A model generated the notes under the pieces. It had not been told where the DNA came from, searched no databases, and worked only from the letters and a program-made list of their open reading frames with translations. From positions 928,001-992,000 of the forward strand of contig OY781092.1 of the NCBI GenBank assembly GCA_963676615.1: a stretch of DNA of 64,000 nt, written 5' to 3'. The translations under genes were made by a program, and so were the position numbers. This document shows, one piece after another, positions 40,969-50,730 of the stretch. The number at the start of each line of letters is the position of its first letter. Positions within the stretch are counted from its first letter, which is position 1. Origin of the DNA: Candidatus Cloacimonadota bacterium (lineage in GTDB: Bacteria > Cloacimonadota > Cloacimonadia > G963667145).

Positions 40969-42672
40969 CTACGCCTTTCTTCTAGTTTGAATAAAGTCGT
41001 AGAAAAAAATGAAGTTGAGGACAATCATAATTATTTCGATGCCCAAAACCGTGTAGCCCGTGATAGGCTTGCTGGCGATAGTGCCCGGAAGCACCGCAAA
41101 GCTGAACCACAAAATCGCCGCTGTCACCGTAATCCACAAAAGGTAAGCGGGGACCAGCACCATATTCACGCTTTTGGTCTTTATGCGCTTTTGTAACCAA
41201 GCAACGCTGGTGAACAGAGTAATCGAGGCGAGCAGCTGATTTGCTGTGCTGAAAGACGGCCAAAGCACCGTAAAGCTCCTCGTGTAAGCCAAAAGTAGCC
41301 CTATCAAAGCGGGAATCGAAGAGGCTATCCACTTGTTCGTCAAGAAGTTATACAAGCCGCTAGATTTTTCTTGCAACGGTGCACAAACCTCGCAAATGGC
41401 GTATCTTCCCAGACGGTTTGTCGTGTCCAGCGTGGTCATCGCAAAAGAGGCAACCCACATTCCCGCGATCACTTTCACAAACTCGACAGGGATAAATTTG
41501 AGGAAAGTCGCTCCGACCATTTTCGCATAAGACTCCACAAACATCGCCGCGTTGGGGAATTTGCCCATCATTGCACCAGTGTATTTTGCGCCCCAGTTGT
41601 CCAAAGTTATGCCAGTTCCAGCCTCTTGCAAAATTCCAAAAGAGAAACCAGCGATTGCCACCAAAACTATTGTGGATAAAAAACCTTCGGTGAGCATCGA
41701 GCCGTAGCCGATGGTGAGCACATCGCTCTCTTTGGCTACTTGTTTGGAGGTTGTGCCAGAGCCGACCAGCGCGTGAAATCCAGAAAGCGAGCCACAAGCG
41801 ATAATCAGCACAATTGCTGGCCAGAACGGCGTCGGTTTGCCGCCCGAGATAATCGGAGCAAAAGAGGTAAAAGCAGGCGCAGTAAAGCCCGAGAAGCTAA
41901 AAATTGCGGCGATGAGTCCAATGACCAAACCGAAATACAAAAGCCAGGAGTTCAGGTAGTCCCGAGGTTGCAAAAGAATATTCACCGGCACGGACGAAGC
42001 CACCACGATATACACGCCGATGATTATCATCCAAGCGCCCCAGCCAAGCTTAATCGGTAGCCAAGTTCCGCCAATTATCGCAAAAATCAGCAACACGATG
42101 CCGATCAAAGTTGCCAGACGAAAATCCATTTTCACTTTATACATCAAAAAGCCCAAAATCAAAGCGGCTATCAGCTTTAGCACATACGAAGACGCCACTG
42201 CGGGCTGAGCGACATACATTCCGCCGACGACAGCGCCAAAAGCGGCTATCACCAAAATTATCATAAAAAACACCAGCCAGTAAAAAATTCTGCTGGTGCG
42301 AGCGCCAATCACATCCGCTGCCACGAACTGACAAGATTTGCCGTCGTAGCGCACTGATGACATTATCGCCAAATAGTCGTGCACCGCTCCGATGAAAATA
42401 TTGCCAAACCAAATCCAAAGTAGCGCCGGAAGCCAGCCCCAAGCAAGCGCAAGCACAGGTCCGATTATCGGTGCAGCTCCCGCAATCGAAGCAAAATGAT
42501 GACCAAAAAGCACCGCCGATTTGGCTGGCACATAATCCACATCGTCCCGAAGACGCGAAGACGGAGCCACATTTTTATCGCTGGCTCGCACCATTTTCGC
42601 CAGCTTGCCGCCATACACCCTAAAAAGCAGCACATACAGCACAAGGCTCACAATTACTACTATCGCCGTCAT
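40969..42672 (-). CDS. cstA: Carbon starvation protein A (peptide/pyruvate transporter family)
   Basis: DDVDYVP, LFGHHFASIAGAAPIIGP, LLQPRDYLN, IACGSLSGFHAL, TTLDT. Confidence 0.95.
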   Translation of the reverse strand: MTAIVVIVSLVLYVLLFRVYGGKLAKMVRASDKNVAPSSRLRDDVDYVPAKSAVLFGHHFASIAGAAPIIGPVLALAWGWLPALLWIWFGNIFIGAVHDYLAIMSSVRYDGKSCQFVAADVIGARTSRIFYWLVFFMIILVIAAFGAVVGGMYVAQPAVASSYVLKLIAALILGFLMYKVKMDFRLATLIGIVLLIFAIIGGTWLPIKLGWGAWMIIIGVYIVVASSVPVNILLQPRDYLNSWLLYFGLVIGLIAAIFSFSGFTAPAFTSFAPIISGGKPTPFWPAIVLIIACGSLSGFHALVGSGTTSKQVAKESDVLTIGYGSMLTEGFLSTIVLVAIAGFSFGILQEAGTGITLDNWGAKYTGAMMGKFPNAAMFVESYAKMVGATFLKFIPVEFVKVIAGMWVASFAMTTLDTTNRLGRYAICEVCAPLQEKSSGLYNFLTNKWIASSIPALIGLLLAYTRSFTVLWPSFSTANQLLASITLFTSVAWLQKRIKTKSVNMVLVPAYLLWITVTAAILWFSFAVLPGTIASKPITGYTVLGIEIIMIVLNFIFFYDFIQTRRKA

Positions 42673-42715
42673 ATTTCCTCCCTTATTTTTACGAGTTTTT
42701 CGCTAAATATAAAAC

Positions 42716-43978
42716 TTATGGAAGTCGCTTGCCAGCCGACTTTTTGTGAGCGTCAAGACCTTCCATCTGGGCAAAAATCTTGGCAACTTCCGTAGCTTTG
42801 CCACTTTTTTCAACACGCAAAGTCGTTTGCTTTTTGATGAAATTGTTCACCGACAAGCCCGCCGTGTATCGAGCCGCCAATCCCGTGGGCAAAGTGTGAT
42901 TAACCCCTGCCGAATAGTCGCCCAGAGCCTCCACAGACTGCTCTCCCACAAAAAGCGAACCATAATTGCTAAGCTGAGCAATAAGCGCCTGATTATCTTG
43001 CGTCTGCAGCTCCAAATGCTCAGGCGCTTTCCCGTTGGAAATCTGCACAGCCTCCGTCAAATCGTCGCAAACCACGATGTAGCTATTTTTGTCAATCGCC
43101 GCTCGGGCAATCTCCTTTGTCGCCAGCGTCTGCAACTGCTCCTCCAGCTCCGCCTGCACCTTTTTGGCAAGCTCCAGACTGTCTGTCAGCAAAAAAGCGC
43201 TCGCATTCAAATCGTGCTCCGCCTGTGCCAGCATATCCGCCGCAACAAAATCTGCCCTAGCACTCGCATCGGCAATTATCAAAACCTCCGACGGACCAGC
43301 CACAAAATCGATTCCCACAACGCCGTAAACATTCTTTTTCGCCAGCGTCACATACTTATTCCCAGGACCGACAATCAGATCCACCCGCGGAATCGTCTGC
43401 GTCCCAAAAGCAAAGCCGCCAATGGCTTGCACTCCTCCAAGCGCATAAATCTCGTCCACACCAGCCACATCGGCAGCCACAAGCACCGCGGGATGCACTC
43501 CGCCCTCATAACACGGCGGCGAAGAAAGCACCACCTGCTTGCAACCAGCAACTTTCGCAGGAACTGCCCCCATAAGCACCGACGACGGCAGCGGAAAATT
43601 TCCCCCTGGCGCATAAACGCAAACCCGCTCAATCGGAACAACCCTCTGTCCGCACCACACCCCTTTTTCGGTCTCAATCTCAAAATCTTTCGCCTGCGCT
43701 AGCTGCGCTTTGGCAAACTTCTCCAAATTCCCTTTGGCATATTTAATCGCCTGCACTTGCTCCTGCGATAACAACGAATACGCATCCTTCACCTTTTGCG
43801 AATCCACCAAAAAATTATCCAAATCCACACCGTCAAACCGCTTGGTATAATCCCGCAAAGCTGCATCGCCCCGCTTTTTTATATCGTCCAAAATTTCCTG
43901 CACCAACTCACCCTCAGAATAGTCCAACGGCGTATAAAAATTCTCGGGCAACCACTTGCTATCCACAATCTTAATCAT
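42716..43978 (-). CDS. hisD: Histidinol dehydrogenase
   Basis: YAPGG, GPGN.YV, AGPSE, QAEHD, APEHL, GDY.AG.NHTLPT. Confidence 0.97.
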   Translation of the reverse strand: MIKIVDSKWLPENFYTPLDYSEGELVQEILDDIKKRGDAALRDYTKRFDGVDLDNFLVDSQKVKDAYSLLSQEQVQAIKYAKGNLEKFAKAQLAQAKDFEIETEKGVWCGQRVVPIERVCVYAPGGNFPLPSSVLMGAVPAKVAGCKQVVLSSPPCYEGGVHPAVLVAADVAGVDEIYALGGVQAIGGFAFGTQTIPRVDLIVGPGNKYVTLAKKNVYGVVGIDFVAGPSEVLIIADASARADFVAADMLAQAEHDLNASAFLLTDSLELAKKVQAELEEQLQTLATKEIARAAIDKNSYIVVCDDLTEAVQISNGKAPEHLELQTQDNQALIAQLSNYGSLFVGEQSVEALGDYSAGVNHTLPTGLAARYTAGLSVNNFIKKQTTLRVEKSGKATEVAKIFAQMEGLDAHKKSAGKRLP

Positions 43979-44119
43979 CCACTAAGCTCCTTGATATTAA
44001 AAAGAAAAATCGTTTTTTAAAAAATAAAACTCTACTGGCAAAAAAGAATAAATAAAAAAAAAGTCAAGAAAAAACGCCCACTTGCAATAAAATCGCAAAA
44101 TGAGCGTTCAATAAAAAAA

Positions 44120-44195
44120 TGGTGGAGCATAGCGGACTTGAACCGCTGACCCCTACACTGCCAGTGTAGTGCTCTACCAGCTGAGCCAATGCCCC
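44120..44195 (-). tRNA. tRNA-Ala(GGC)
   Basis: GGGGCAT acceptor with G3-U70, anticodon arm CTACA-CTGGCAG-TGTAG, encoded CCA. Confidence 0.97.
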
Positions 44196-44437
44196 ATCCA
44201 ACAAAAAAGGAGGAATAAATTCCCTATAATCTTCGCTATTTAATTTCGATTTTGTGTCAATTTTTTTTGCATTTTTTACTAAAATCTGTGCTTTTTGGAA
44301 GTGAAGTGATGATGAATATTAAGTTTAGTTGTTGATTTACATGTGATTATCCATCCAATTAAGAATAGATAATTGAGTTAAAACACCTAGCAAAACAGCC
44401 ATTAAAGTTACGCTGTGTAGCTATATTTTTTTTCTTT

Positions 44438-44872
44438 TTATTCTGACAATTCTAAAATGTTTTTCGAGAGAACTGAAAATGAATGTACGATTTTGGTTCT
44501 AAATGTGTATTTAGTAAACTTTTCACCTTTAAGATTTTCAAAAACATTTAAACTCCATGATTCAAATCCTTCCTTGTTTAAATCAAAATTAAATTCGTGC
44601 GCAAGTTGATTTCTTAGTTTGTTTATTTTTTTTAATGACGAAACAATAGAACTCTTTCTTCGCTTATCTTCAAAATCAAGCTTTTCGAGAGCCATAATTT
44701 TTCTGTGAAAAGAATAATTGTTATAATCCCTATTATTAATTTTTGAAAGGGTAGCATTCAAAACCACTTCAAGCAGTAAATGCCCCTTTAGTAATATTAA
44801 TTCTAGGTCAATTTTTGAATCAAGATGTTCCCAAACTGCCCACTCAACCAAGGTAACCATCTCATTTTTCAT
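44438..44872 (-). CDS. Hypothetical helical protein with HEPN-like RxxxxH motif
   Basis: KGHLLLE helix and KLRNQLAH motif. Confidence 0.6.
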   Translation of the reverse strand: MKNEMVTLVEWAVWEHLDSKIDLELILLKGHLLLEVVLNATLSKINNRDYNNYSFHRKIMALEKLDFEDKRRKSSIVSSLKKINKLRNQLAHEFNFDLNKEGFESWSLNVFENLKGEKFTKYTFRTKIVHSFSVLSKNILELSE

Positions 44873-45056
44873 TAAATATTTGTTCCCGTCCTTTCTCTTT
44901 TCAATTCCACTAGTCCCATTTGAGAAATAAGTCTCTGTTTTCTTTAGAAACTCCTAATTTGTCAGTGTGTTTTGATGTAATATTTATTTAATTCAAAATC
45001 AACACAGTTAGCTTAATCAATAAAATCAGCAAAATATTTCATCATTATTCTGCGAC

Positions 45057-46181
45057 CTAAATCTGCTCATTTTTTTTAAAATGTTTTTTAATAGCATTTT
45101 TTAATGCAATAGATAAAAATGTTGGCACAGCATTTCCAATCTGTAAATTTTTATCACTCCTTGAACCATAAAAAATATAATCATCTGGAAAACATTGTAT
45201 TCTCGCTCCTTCTCGTGTTGTTAATGGTCTTGGTGCTTTTGGATGAATACATCTTGAAGATGAAGGAGTACTTAAATTTCTTGTAATTGTTGTGCTTGGC
45301 CTATTCCACCAAAGCCTACAGTAAGTATTTGCAAAGCCACTTTTGGGTCTTAATTCTTCTGGTAAATCATTTGGTGTACCACCATCAGGAAGACTTTCCA
45401 TAATCTTTATTAAGTTTTCATTATTATTTGGAGCATTGTGATCCATCAATTTATCAGGAGCATTTTTCCTCATCAATTTTTGAAATTCGTTTACAGGTTC
45501 AGTAGAATATTCAAAACTTTCTTCATTGCTCCCTATGAAAGGGAGATCGCTTATTGCTTCTGACAAAGTTAGATATGATTTTAATTCCGGCATAAAAAAA
45601 GCTTGCCCTTCTTCTAAATTATAATGAGTTGGCTCAGGAAAATTAAATTTAGAATTAAACTTTGTCCCTATTATTATAACTCTTTCTCTTAATTGCGGGA
45701 CTCCATAATCCGCAGAATTTAAAACCTTATAGACAACTTTATATCCTAATGATGCAAACAAAGAAATTATTGTTTTTAACAATTCTCCTCCTTGCATTGA
45801 TAAAAGTCCTTTTACATTTTCAAATAGAAAGGCTTTCGGATTAAATTCTTTAAGAATTCTATAATATTCTTGAAACAATTTACCTTTAGGGTCATCTACC
45901 CATCTTTTGCCAACCGTCGAATATGCTTGACAAGGCGGACCGCCAACAACTAAATTAATTTCCCCTTTTTTTATATTAAAATCTTTTTCTAAATCTTTAA
46001 TTCCAAATTCTTTAATATCTTTACAATACATTTTAACGACAGGATGATTTAATTCATAAGCCTTTGCCATATTAGGCAAAATTTCGTTAGCTGCAATTAT
46101 TTCAAAATCGTCATCTTGTGCAAATCCATAACTTAAACCACCAACTCCAGCAAATAAATCAATTATTTTAATTTTTTTCAT
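45057..46181 (-). CDS. DNA (cytosine-5) methyltransferase, M.HpyCH4IV/M.Hpy99XI-like (ACGT)
   Basis: DLFAGVGG, GGPPCQ, FENV, QLRER, QIGNAVP; TRD region LRPKSG..NTY...WW..P..TITRN.STPSSSRCIHP recalls the Helicobacter ACGT MTase. Confidence 0.92.
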   Translation of the reverse strand: MKKIKIIDLFAGVGGLSYGFAQDDDFEIIAANEILPNMAKAYELNHPVVKMYCKDIKEFGIKDLEKDFNIKKGEINLVVGGPPCQAYSTVGKRWVDDPKGKLFQEYYRILKEFNPKAFLFENVKGLLSMQGGELLKTIISLFASLGYKVVYKVLNSADYGVPQLRERVIIIGTKFNSKFNFPEPTHYNLEEGQAFFMPELKSYLTLSEAISDLPFIGSNEESFEYSTEPVNEFQKLMRKNAPDKLMDHNAPNNNENLIKIMESLPDGGTPNDLPEELRPKSGFANTYCRLWWNRPSTTITRNLSTPSSSRCIHPKAPRPLTTREGARIQCFPDDYIFYGSRSDKNLQIGNAVPTFLSIALKNAIKKHFKKNEQI

Positions 46182-46191
46182 AGTAAATCCT

Positions 46192-46986
46192 CTAATTAAA
46201 ATTTAAATCTGAAAATTTAGGGGGTTCTTCTGTTAATTTCCATACAAAATAATTTTGCTCAATATTAAATACAGTTTGACCTTCCATTTGTTGTCTTGTG
46301 ATCCAATTTACATTATCATCTTCAATTTCATTCAATTTTACAAAAGCAACTTGACCATTAAATAAATCAAAATGAATTACCATTGAAGAAATATTTTCTT
46401 CTCGTTTGATTTTTTTAGCTTCCAAAACTTTATGCTGTTTAATATCATTTACACCTACAAATCCTGATTGAATCTCTAGCCTGATCTTTTCTCCATTTTT
46501 TAAATTTACTTCTAAATCTGCTTTTGGTGTTCTTTTAAAAGTATTGATATTAATAAAATCATCATCACCAATTAATTTTATGTCTTCAATACTAACTTCA
46601 AAAACTAAACTTAATGCCTTTAGAAAATAATTGGTAATTATAAATCCCCTCATCCAAGAAAAATAGACTTGTTCTGGTCTTCTTCCTTGATTATTTAACT
46701 TTGGAATAATCTTATTTTTTTTCAGCTTCTCAAATACACAATTTATATTTCCTAAGCAAAAAGTATCTAAATTTTTAATTTTAATCGATGAATCTGACAA
46801 CTCGTCTATTTTTTTAATAATTTCAATTAACCTTTCATTAAATAATGCAATATAGTTAAAATCAACAGTAGGAATTATATCTTTTCCTCCAAAAAAAGAT
46901 TTAACATCTTGCTGATTAGTAAAACCAAGTTTTTGCCTGTATTCTTTAAAATATTTTGTATCTATTAGTTCCATTTTTGCCCCCAT
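46192..46986 (-). CDS. Type II restriction endonuclease, HpyCH4IV-like
   Basis: Adjacent to C5 MTase; KLNNQGRR, FSWMRG, PKAD...LEIQSGF, HFDLFNGQVA, NWITRQQMEGQ blocks recalled from the Helicobacter ACGT system. Confidence 0.8.
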   Translation of the reverse strand: MGAKMELIDTKYFKEYRQKLGFTNQQDVKSFFGGKDIIPTVDFNYIALFNERLIEIIKKIDELSDSSIKIKNLDTFCLGNINCVFEKLKKNKIIPKLNNQGRRPEQVYFSWMRGFIITNYFLKALSLVFEVSIEDIKLIGDDDFININTFKRTPKADLEVNLKNGEKIRLEIQSGFVGVNDIKQHKVLEAKKIKREENISSMVIHFDLFNGQVAFVKLNEIEDDNVNWITRQQMEGQTVFNIEQNYFVWKLTEEPPKFSDLNFN

Positions 46987-47213
46987 ATCATAAATTAAAA
47001 GTATTCATATTATATTAAGTCTTGCTTTCCTATTTAAAAATATTTTTGAAACGAAATGAATAAACACAGTAATTATCCCACATTTTATTTTAGGGAAAAA
47101 ATCAAAATTATTCCCATTTGAAGCCTGCCAGCACCCATTCTTTATTAAAAAAATACCGCCAATAAAAAAATTGGCTATCTAAAACACGGCAAAAACACCC
47201 AATTCGCAAATTT

Positions 47214-47708
47214 CTACCTATCTATAGCTTTAGCTTTTAGCCGCCTTAGCGCTTTGAACTTCAACTGTCGCACCTTTTCTCTGCTCAGATTCAGCCGCAG
47301 GGCGATTTTGTCCAGCGGCAACTTTTGCTCAAAAAATAGCCGCAAAACCGCCTCTTCCGCCTTGGGCATATCCTGCGGAACGCAAAGCTGAAAACCTTGC
47401 TCGTCCTCTGCCTCCGCCATTTCCGCCTTGTTCTGCGAAACCTCCTGCGCCAAATCTCGCTCCTGCAAATCACTGGTCTGCAACTCAAACTCTTTGCCCA
47501 AATACGCCAAAATCCGCTTTTTCACCCAAAAAAACGCGTAGGTCGAAAACTTCACCCTTTTGCTTGCGTCAAAGCGCTCCTGAGCATCCAAAATTCCCAA
47601 AAAGCCCTCTTGCTCCAAATCTTCCTGCAGGTGCTTATCGCCGCCAGAATAACGCTTCGCTACGCCTTTCACCAGCGGCAAAAACTCCTGAATTTCTTGG
47701 CTATCCAT
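47214..47708 (-). CDS. Short sigma-70 family factor (regions 2 and 4 only)
   Basis: EDLEQEGFLG, RFD...FSTYAFFWVK, SREKVRQLK.KALRRL. Confidence 0.88.
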   Translation of the reverse strand: MDSQEIQEFLPLVKGVAKRYSGGDKHLQEDLEQEGFLGILDAQERFDASKRVKFSTYAFFWVKKRILAYLGKEFELQTSDLQERDLAQEVSQNKAEMAEAEDEQGFQLCVPQDMPKAEEAVLRLFFEQKLPLDKIALRLNLSREKVRQLKFKALRRLKAKAIDR

Positions 47709-48872
47709 CTACTGCTTGGACATCGAAACTCGCACCGTCGTGCCTTGTCCCAGCTGACTTTGCACCGCAATCTGCCAGCCGTGCTTTTCCACAATTTTCT
47801 TCACAATTGCAAGCCCCAAGCCAGTATTATCAACCGTTTTGGAGCGCGAGCTATCTCCCACAAAAAATCGCTGAAAAATTTTCGGCAAATTTTCCTTAGA
47901 AATCCCAACTCCAGAATCTGCTATCTGCAAAAAAACACCGCCGCTGGCATCTTCGCCAACCTCCACCAAAATCTGCCCCTGATGCGTATATTTCACCGCA
48001 TTGCTCAAAAGATTCACCACCACCTGCTGCAAACGAAAAAAATCCGCCTGAACCTCCACCTTTGGCTGCGCAAACTTGGTCTTTATCGGAATTTTACTAT
48101 TGGGAAACAAAAGCGTGCTCTCCTGCACAATCGCCACCAAATCGACCTGCTCCAACTCCAGCGACACGCCCGATTCCACCGTCGCCAGCTGCAAAATATC
48201 GTCCACCAACTGCTTCAGCCGCTCGGCGTTCCGCTTGAGAATCGTCAAAACCTTATCGTCCCCCGCAGGCAAAAGCTCCAAAAACCCGCTAATCGTCGTA
48301 AGAGGCGTCTTTAGCTCGTGCGAAATATTTATCAAAAGATCTTTTTTGAGAAGCTGCAACTCATACAGCTGACTAATGTCCTGCAAAACGAACACCTTGC
48401 CGCCAGAGGGCAAATTCGAGCCACCAGCCACAAAATGTTTTTCGTTCAACTTAATATTTTTCGTGCTTTGACTGTCCGCATCAAAATCGTCCACAAAGCG
48501 AAAAAGCTCGGGAAAATCTATCAAATTCCAGTAAAAATCTGGCTCGAAATCTTTGTCCAAAAGCTCACAAAAAGCACTGTTTCCTCGCAAAATAATGCCC
48601 TGCTCGTTCTGAATCCAAACAGGAGACGGCAAAAATTGCAACACCCCTTTCAGATCGTCCTTTTCCCGCAAAGCCAACTGTTTAGCCTGCTTTCCCTGCC
48701 CTTTTAGCTCCTGCAAATAAAGCGACCACGCCTTGCCTTTTTGCCTCTTGCTGATTTTTCCTTCCAAAGCCAGCTGCTGCAAAGCTCCAAGCAGTTGCAA
48801 ATAGCGCCAGCGAAAAAACAGCCAACCAGCCAAAAAAACGCCAGCCAGCGTTGCCAAAAACCAAATCACCAC
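47709..48872 (-). CDS. phoR: Sensor histidine kinase, PhoR-like
   Basis: NISHELKTPLT H-box, NLLSNAVKY, DSGVGI, TGLGLAIVK; PAS-like region. Confidence 0.8.
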   Translation of the reverse strand: MVIWFLATLAGVFLAGWLFFRWRYLQLLGALQQLALEGKISKRQKGKAWSLYLQELKGQGKQAKQLALREKDDLKGVLQFLPSPVWIQNEQGIILRGNSAFCELLDKDFEPDFYWNLIDFPELFRFVDDFDADSQSTKNIKLNEKHFVAGGSNLPSGGKVFVLQDISQLYELQLLKKDLLINISHELKTPLTTISGFLELLPAGDDKVLTILKRNAERLKQLVDDILQLATVESGVSLELEQVDLVAIVQESTLLFPNSKIPIKTKFAQPKVEVQADFFRLQQVVVNLLSNAVKYTHQGQILVEVGEDASGGVFLQIADSGVGISKENLPKIFQRFFVGDSSRSKTVDNTGLGLAIVKKIVEKHGWQIAVQSQLGQGTTVRVSMSKQ

Positions 48873-49567
48873 AGCTCCAATCTGTATCCAACCGAGCGAA
48901 CTCCCGATATTTTCAGAGATTTTAGCTTGCTCCGCAGCTTTGCAATGTGCACATCCACCGTCCGATCACTCACGATTTTATCTTGCCCCCACACAAAATC
49001 CAAAATTTTCTCCCGCGAAAAAACCGCACCAATTTTGCTCGAAAGCAGCTTCAAAATCGAAAACTCGGCGAAAGTCAAAGCGACCGCTTCACCATTTTCC
49101 AAAACCAAATGCGCATCAAAATCGATGCGCACAGATTGTCCCAAACTCCGCACTTTTTCCTGCGGTTTTTGCTCGTTTTTTTGTGAAAAATCCCGCTGAC
49201 GACGCAAAAAGGCTCGCACCCTTGCCAGCAACTCCTTGGGATGAAAAGGCTTGGTAATATAGTCGTCTGCGCCAAGCTCCAGCCCAAGCACCTTGTCCGT
49301 GATGTCGCCTCTGGCAGTGAGCATCAGCACAAAAACCTGCGGAAAAGCTTTTTTCAAATCTTTGCAAATCTCAAGACCGTCTTTGCCAGGCAGCATCAAA
49401 TCCAAAACCACCAAGTCTGGCAGCTGCGCTATCACAGCGTCCTCAAAATCCCGATAATCCGCAAAAGTCTGAAGCACAAAATTCGCATCGGCAAGGCTGG
49501 CGCGCACCAGCTCCAAAATATCTGGCTCATCGTCCAAAACATAAATCAGCTTTTTCACTTTCGACAT
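48866..49567 (-). CDS. phoB: OmpR/PhoB family response regulator
   Basis: DDEPDI, LDLMLPG, GADDYITKPF, RTVDVHI; paired with PhoR-like kinase. Confidence 0.75.
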   Translation of the reverse strand: MSKVKKLIYVLDDEPDILELVRASLADANFVLQTFADYRDFEDAVIAQLPDLVVLDLMLPGKDGLEICKDLKKAFPQVFVLMLTARGDITDKVLGLELGADDYITKPFHPKELLARVRAFLRRQRDFSQKNEQKPQEKVRSLGQSVRIDFDAHLVLENGEAVALTFAEFSILKLLSSKIGAVFSREKILDFVWGQDKIVSDRTVDVHIAKLRSKLKSLKISGVRSVGYRLELW

Positions 49568-49588
49568 TCAATTTTCCACATTTTTTAA

Positions 49589-50062
49589 TTAGACGACGCC
49601 GGGATAAAAATTTTGCACAAGTTCCAGCAAAAACCGCAAAATCCGAGACGACGCCACCGCAGGATTTTGCAAGAGATTGTAATCGAAAAAAATATTGAAG
49701 CCAACAGAAAGCAGCGCCACAATTCCCAAAAATAAAAGCACAATGAATAGAGCGCCCAAAATCTTATCGTAAATTCCTAAGTCCAAAAAATCCAATCCTT
49801 TACGAATATAGACGCTAAAAATTTTGAGCAAAATCACGACCGCCAAAAAAATCAAAACGAAAGCAATCAACTTGCCCACAAAAACAGAAAGCCCAAACTC
49901 GTTTGCAAAAATTCCAGCCAAAACATCGCCAAAAAATACGCCGAAAACGACTGTGCCGACCACCGCCAGCACCTTGGTCAAAAAGCTGACAAACCCTTTG
50001 ATGAAGCCATATACAAACAAGCCAAAGCCCAAAATCAACAAGACAATATCTAAAATATTCAT
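49589..50062 (-). CDS. CvpA (colicin V production) family membrane protein
   Basis: MNILDI...GFIKGF, DKILGALF motifs. Confidence 0.85.
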   Translation of the reverse strand: MNILDIVLLILGFGLFVYGFIKGFVSFLTKVLAVVGTVVFGVFFGDVLAGIFANEFGLSVFVGKLIAFVLIFLAVVILLKIFSVYIRKGLDFLDLGIYDKILGALFIVLLFLGIVALLSVGFNIFFDYNLLQNPAVASSRILRFLLELVQNFYPGVV

Positions 50063-50146
50063 ACCATAAACAAAAGGCAATGCCTACCTCGTCTCACATC
50101 GACCAGCATACGCACTGCCTTATTTTTTTTAGTTCAAATTTGAAAA

Positions 50147-50356
50147 CTAATAACCTCTCATACGAGTCAACTTGCGTTGCTTGTTAAAAAGCTTTCTCTT
50201 AACCGCATTCACTTCGCGGCGTTTTTTGACAGAAGGCTTCTCGTAGCGTTGATTTTTTTTGATATCAGACAACACTCCCGCAATCTCGCACTTCTTCTTA
50301 AACTTGCGAAGCAAAACCTCAAAAGGTTCTTTATTTTTGGAAACAACCATCGGCAT
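50147..50356 (-). CDS. rpsU: 30S ribosomal protein S21
   Basis: EPFEVLLRKFKK, YEKPSVKK. Confidence 0.95.
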   Translation of the reverse strand: MPMVVSKNKEPFEVLLRKFKKKCEIAGVLSDIKKNQRYEKPSVKKRREVNAVKRKLFNKQRKLTRMRGY

Positions 50357-50582
50357 AAGTAACATCACCCCACTTTTTGCTGTATTTTTTTCCTTTAGCA
50401 AAACCAAAACAAACTCCCTGCGTTATCGGTCAAGGAAATTGTTTGCTATTGGGGAAATTTATTTTGACGACACCGCTGGAAAATCTGCTCGACCAAATTT
50501 GAAGCTAAAAACAAACGGCACAATTTATATATTTCTTGACACTCTCCACCCAATGACAAAAAAATGCTTCATAATTTGGAAA

Positions 50583-50659
<77 letters not shown>

Positions 50660-50677
50660 TTTTTTTAAAAAGCAAAT

Positions 50678-50716
50678 AAAAAAAACAGCCACTTTTTTAC
50701 GAGTGACTGTTTTTTT
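50678..50716. terminator. Bidirectional terminator
   Basis: A-run ACAGCCACT...AGTGACTGT T-run between convergent tRNA and permease. Confidence 0.75.
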
Positions 50717-50730
50717 GTAACTAAAAATTA

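Larger units (their letters stand above)
44290..47110. other. AT-rich defence islet (restriction-modification plus putative HEPN protein)
   Basis: Abrupt drop in GC and change of codon usage relative to flanks; next to tRNA-Ala; boundaries approximate, no integrase seen. Confidence 0.75.

Noticed and set aside
44120..47110. tRNA-integrated prophage or ICE
   Set aside because: The islet is on the 5' side of tRNA-Ala, I saw no duplicated tRNA 3' end, and there are no integrase or phage genes
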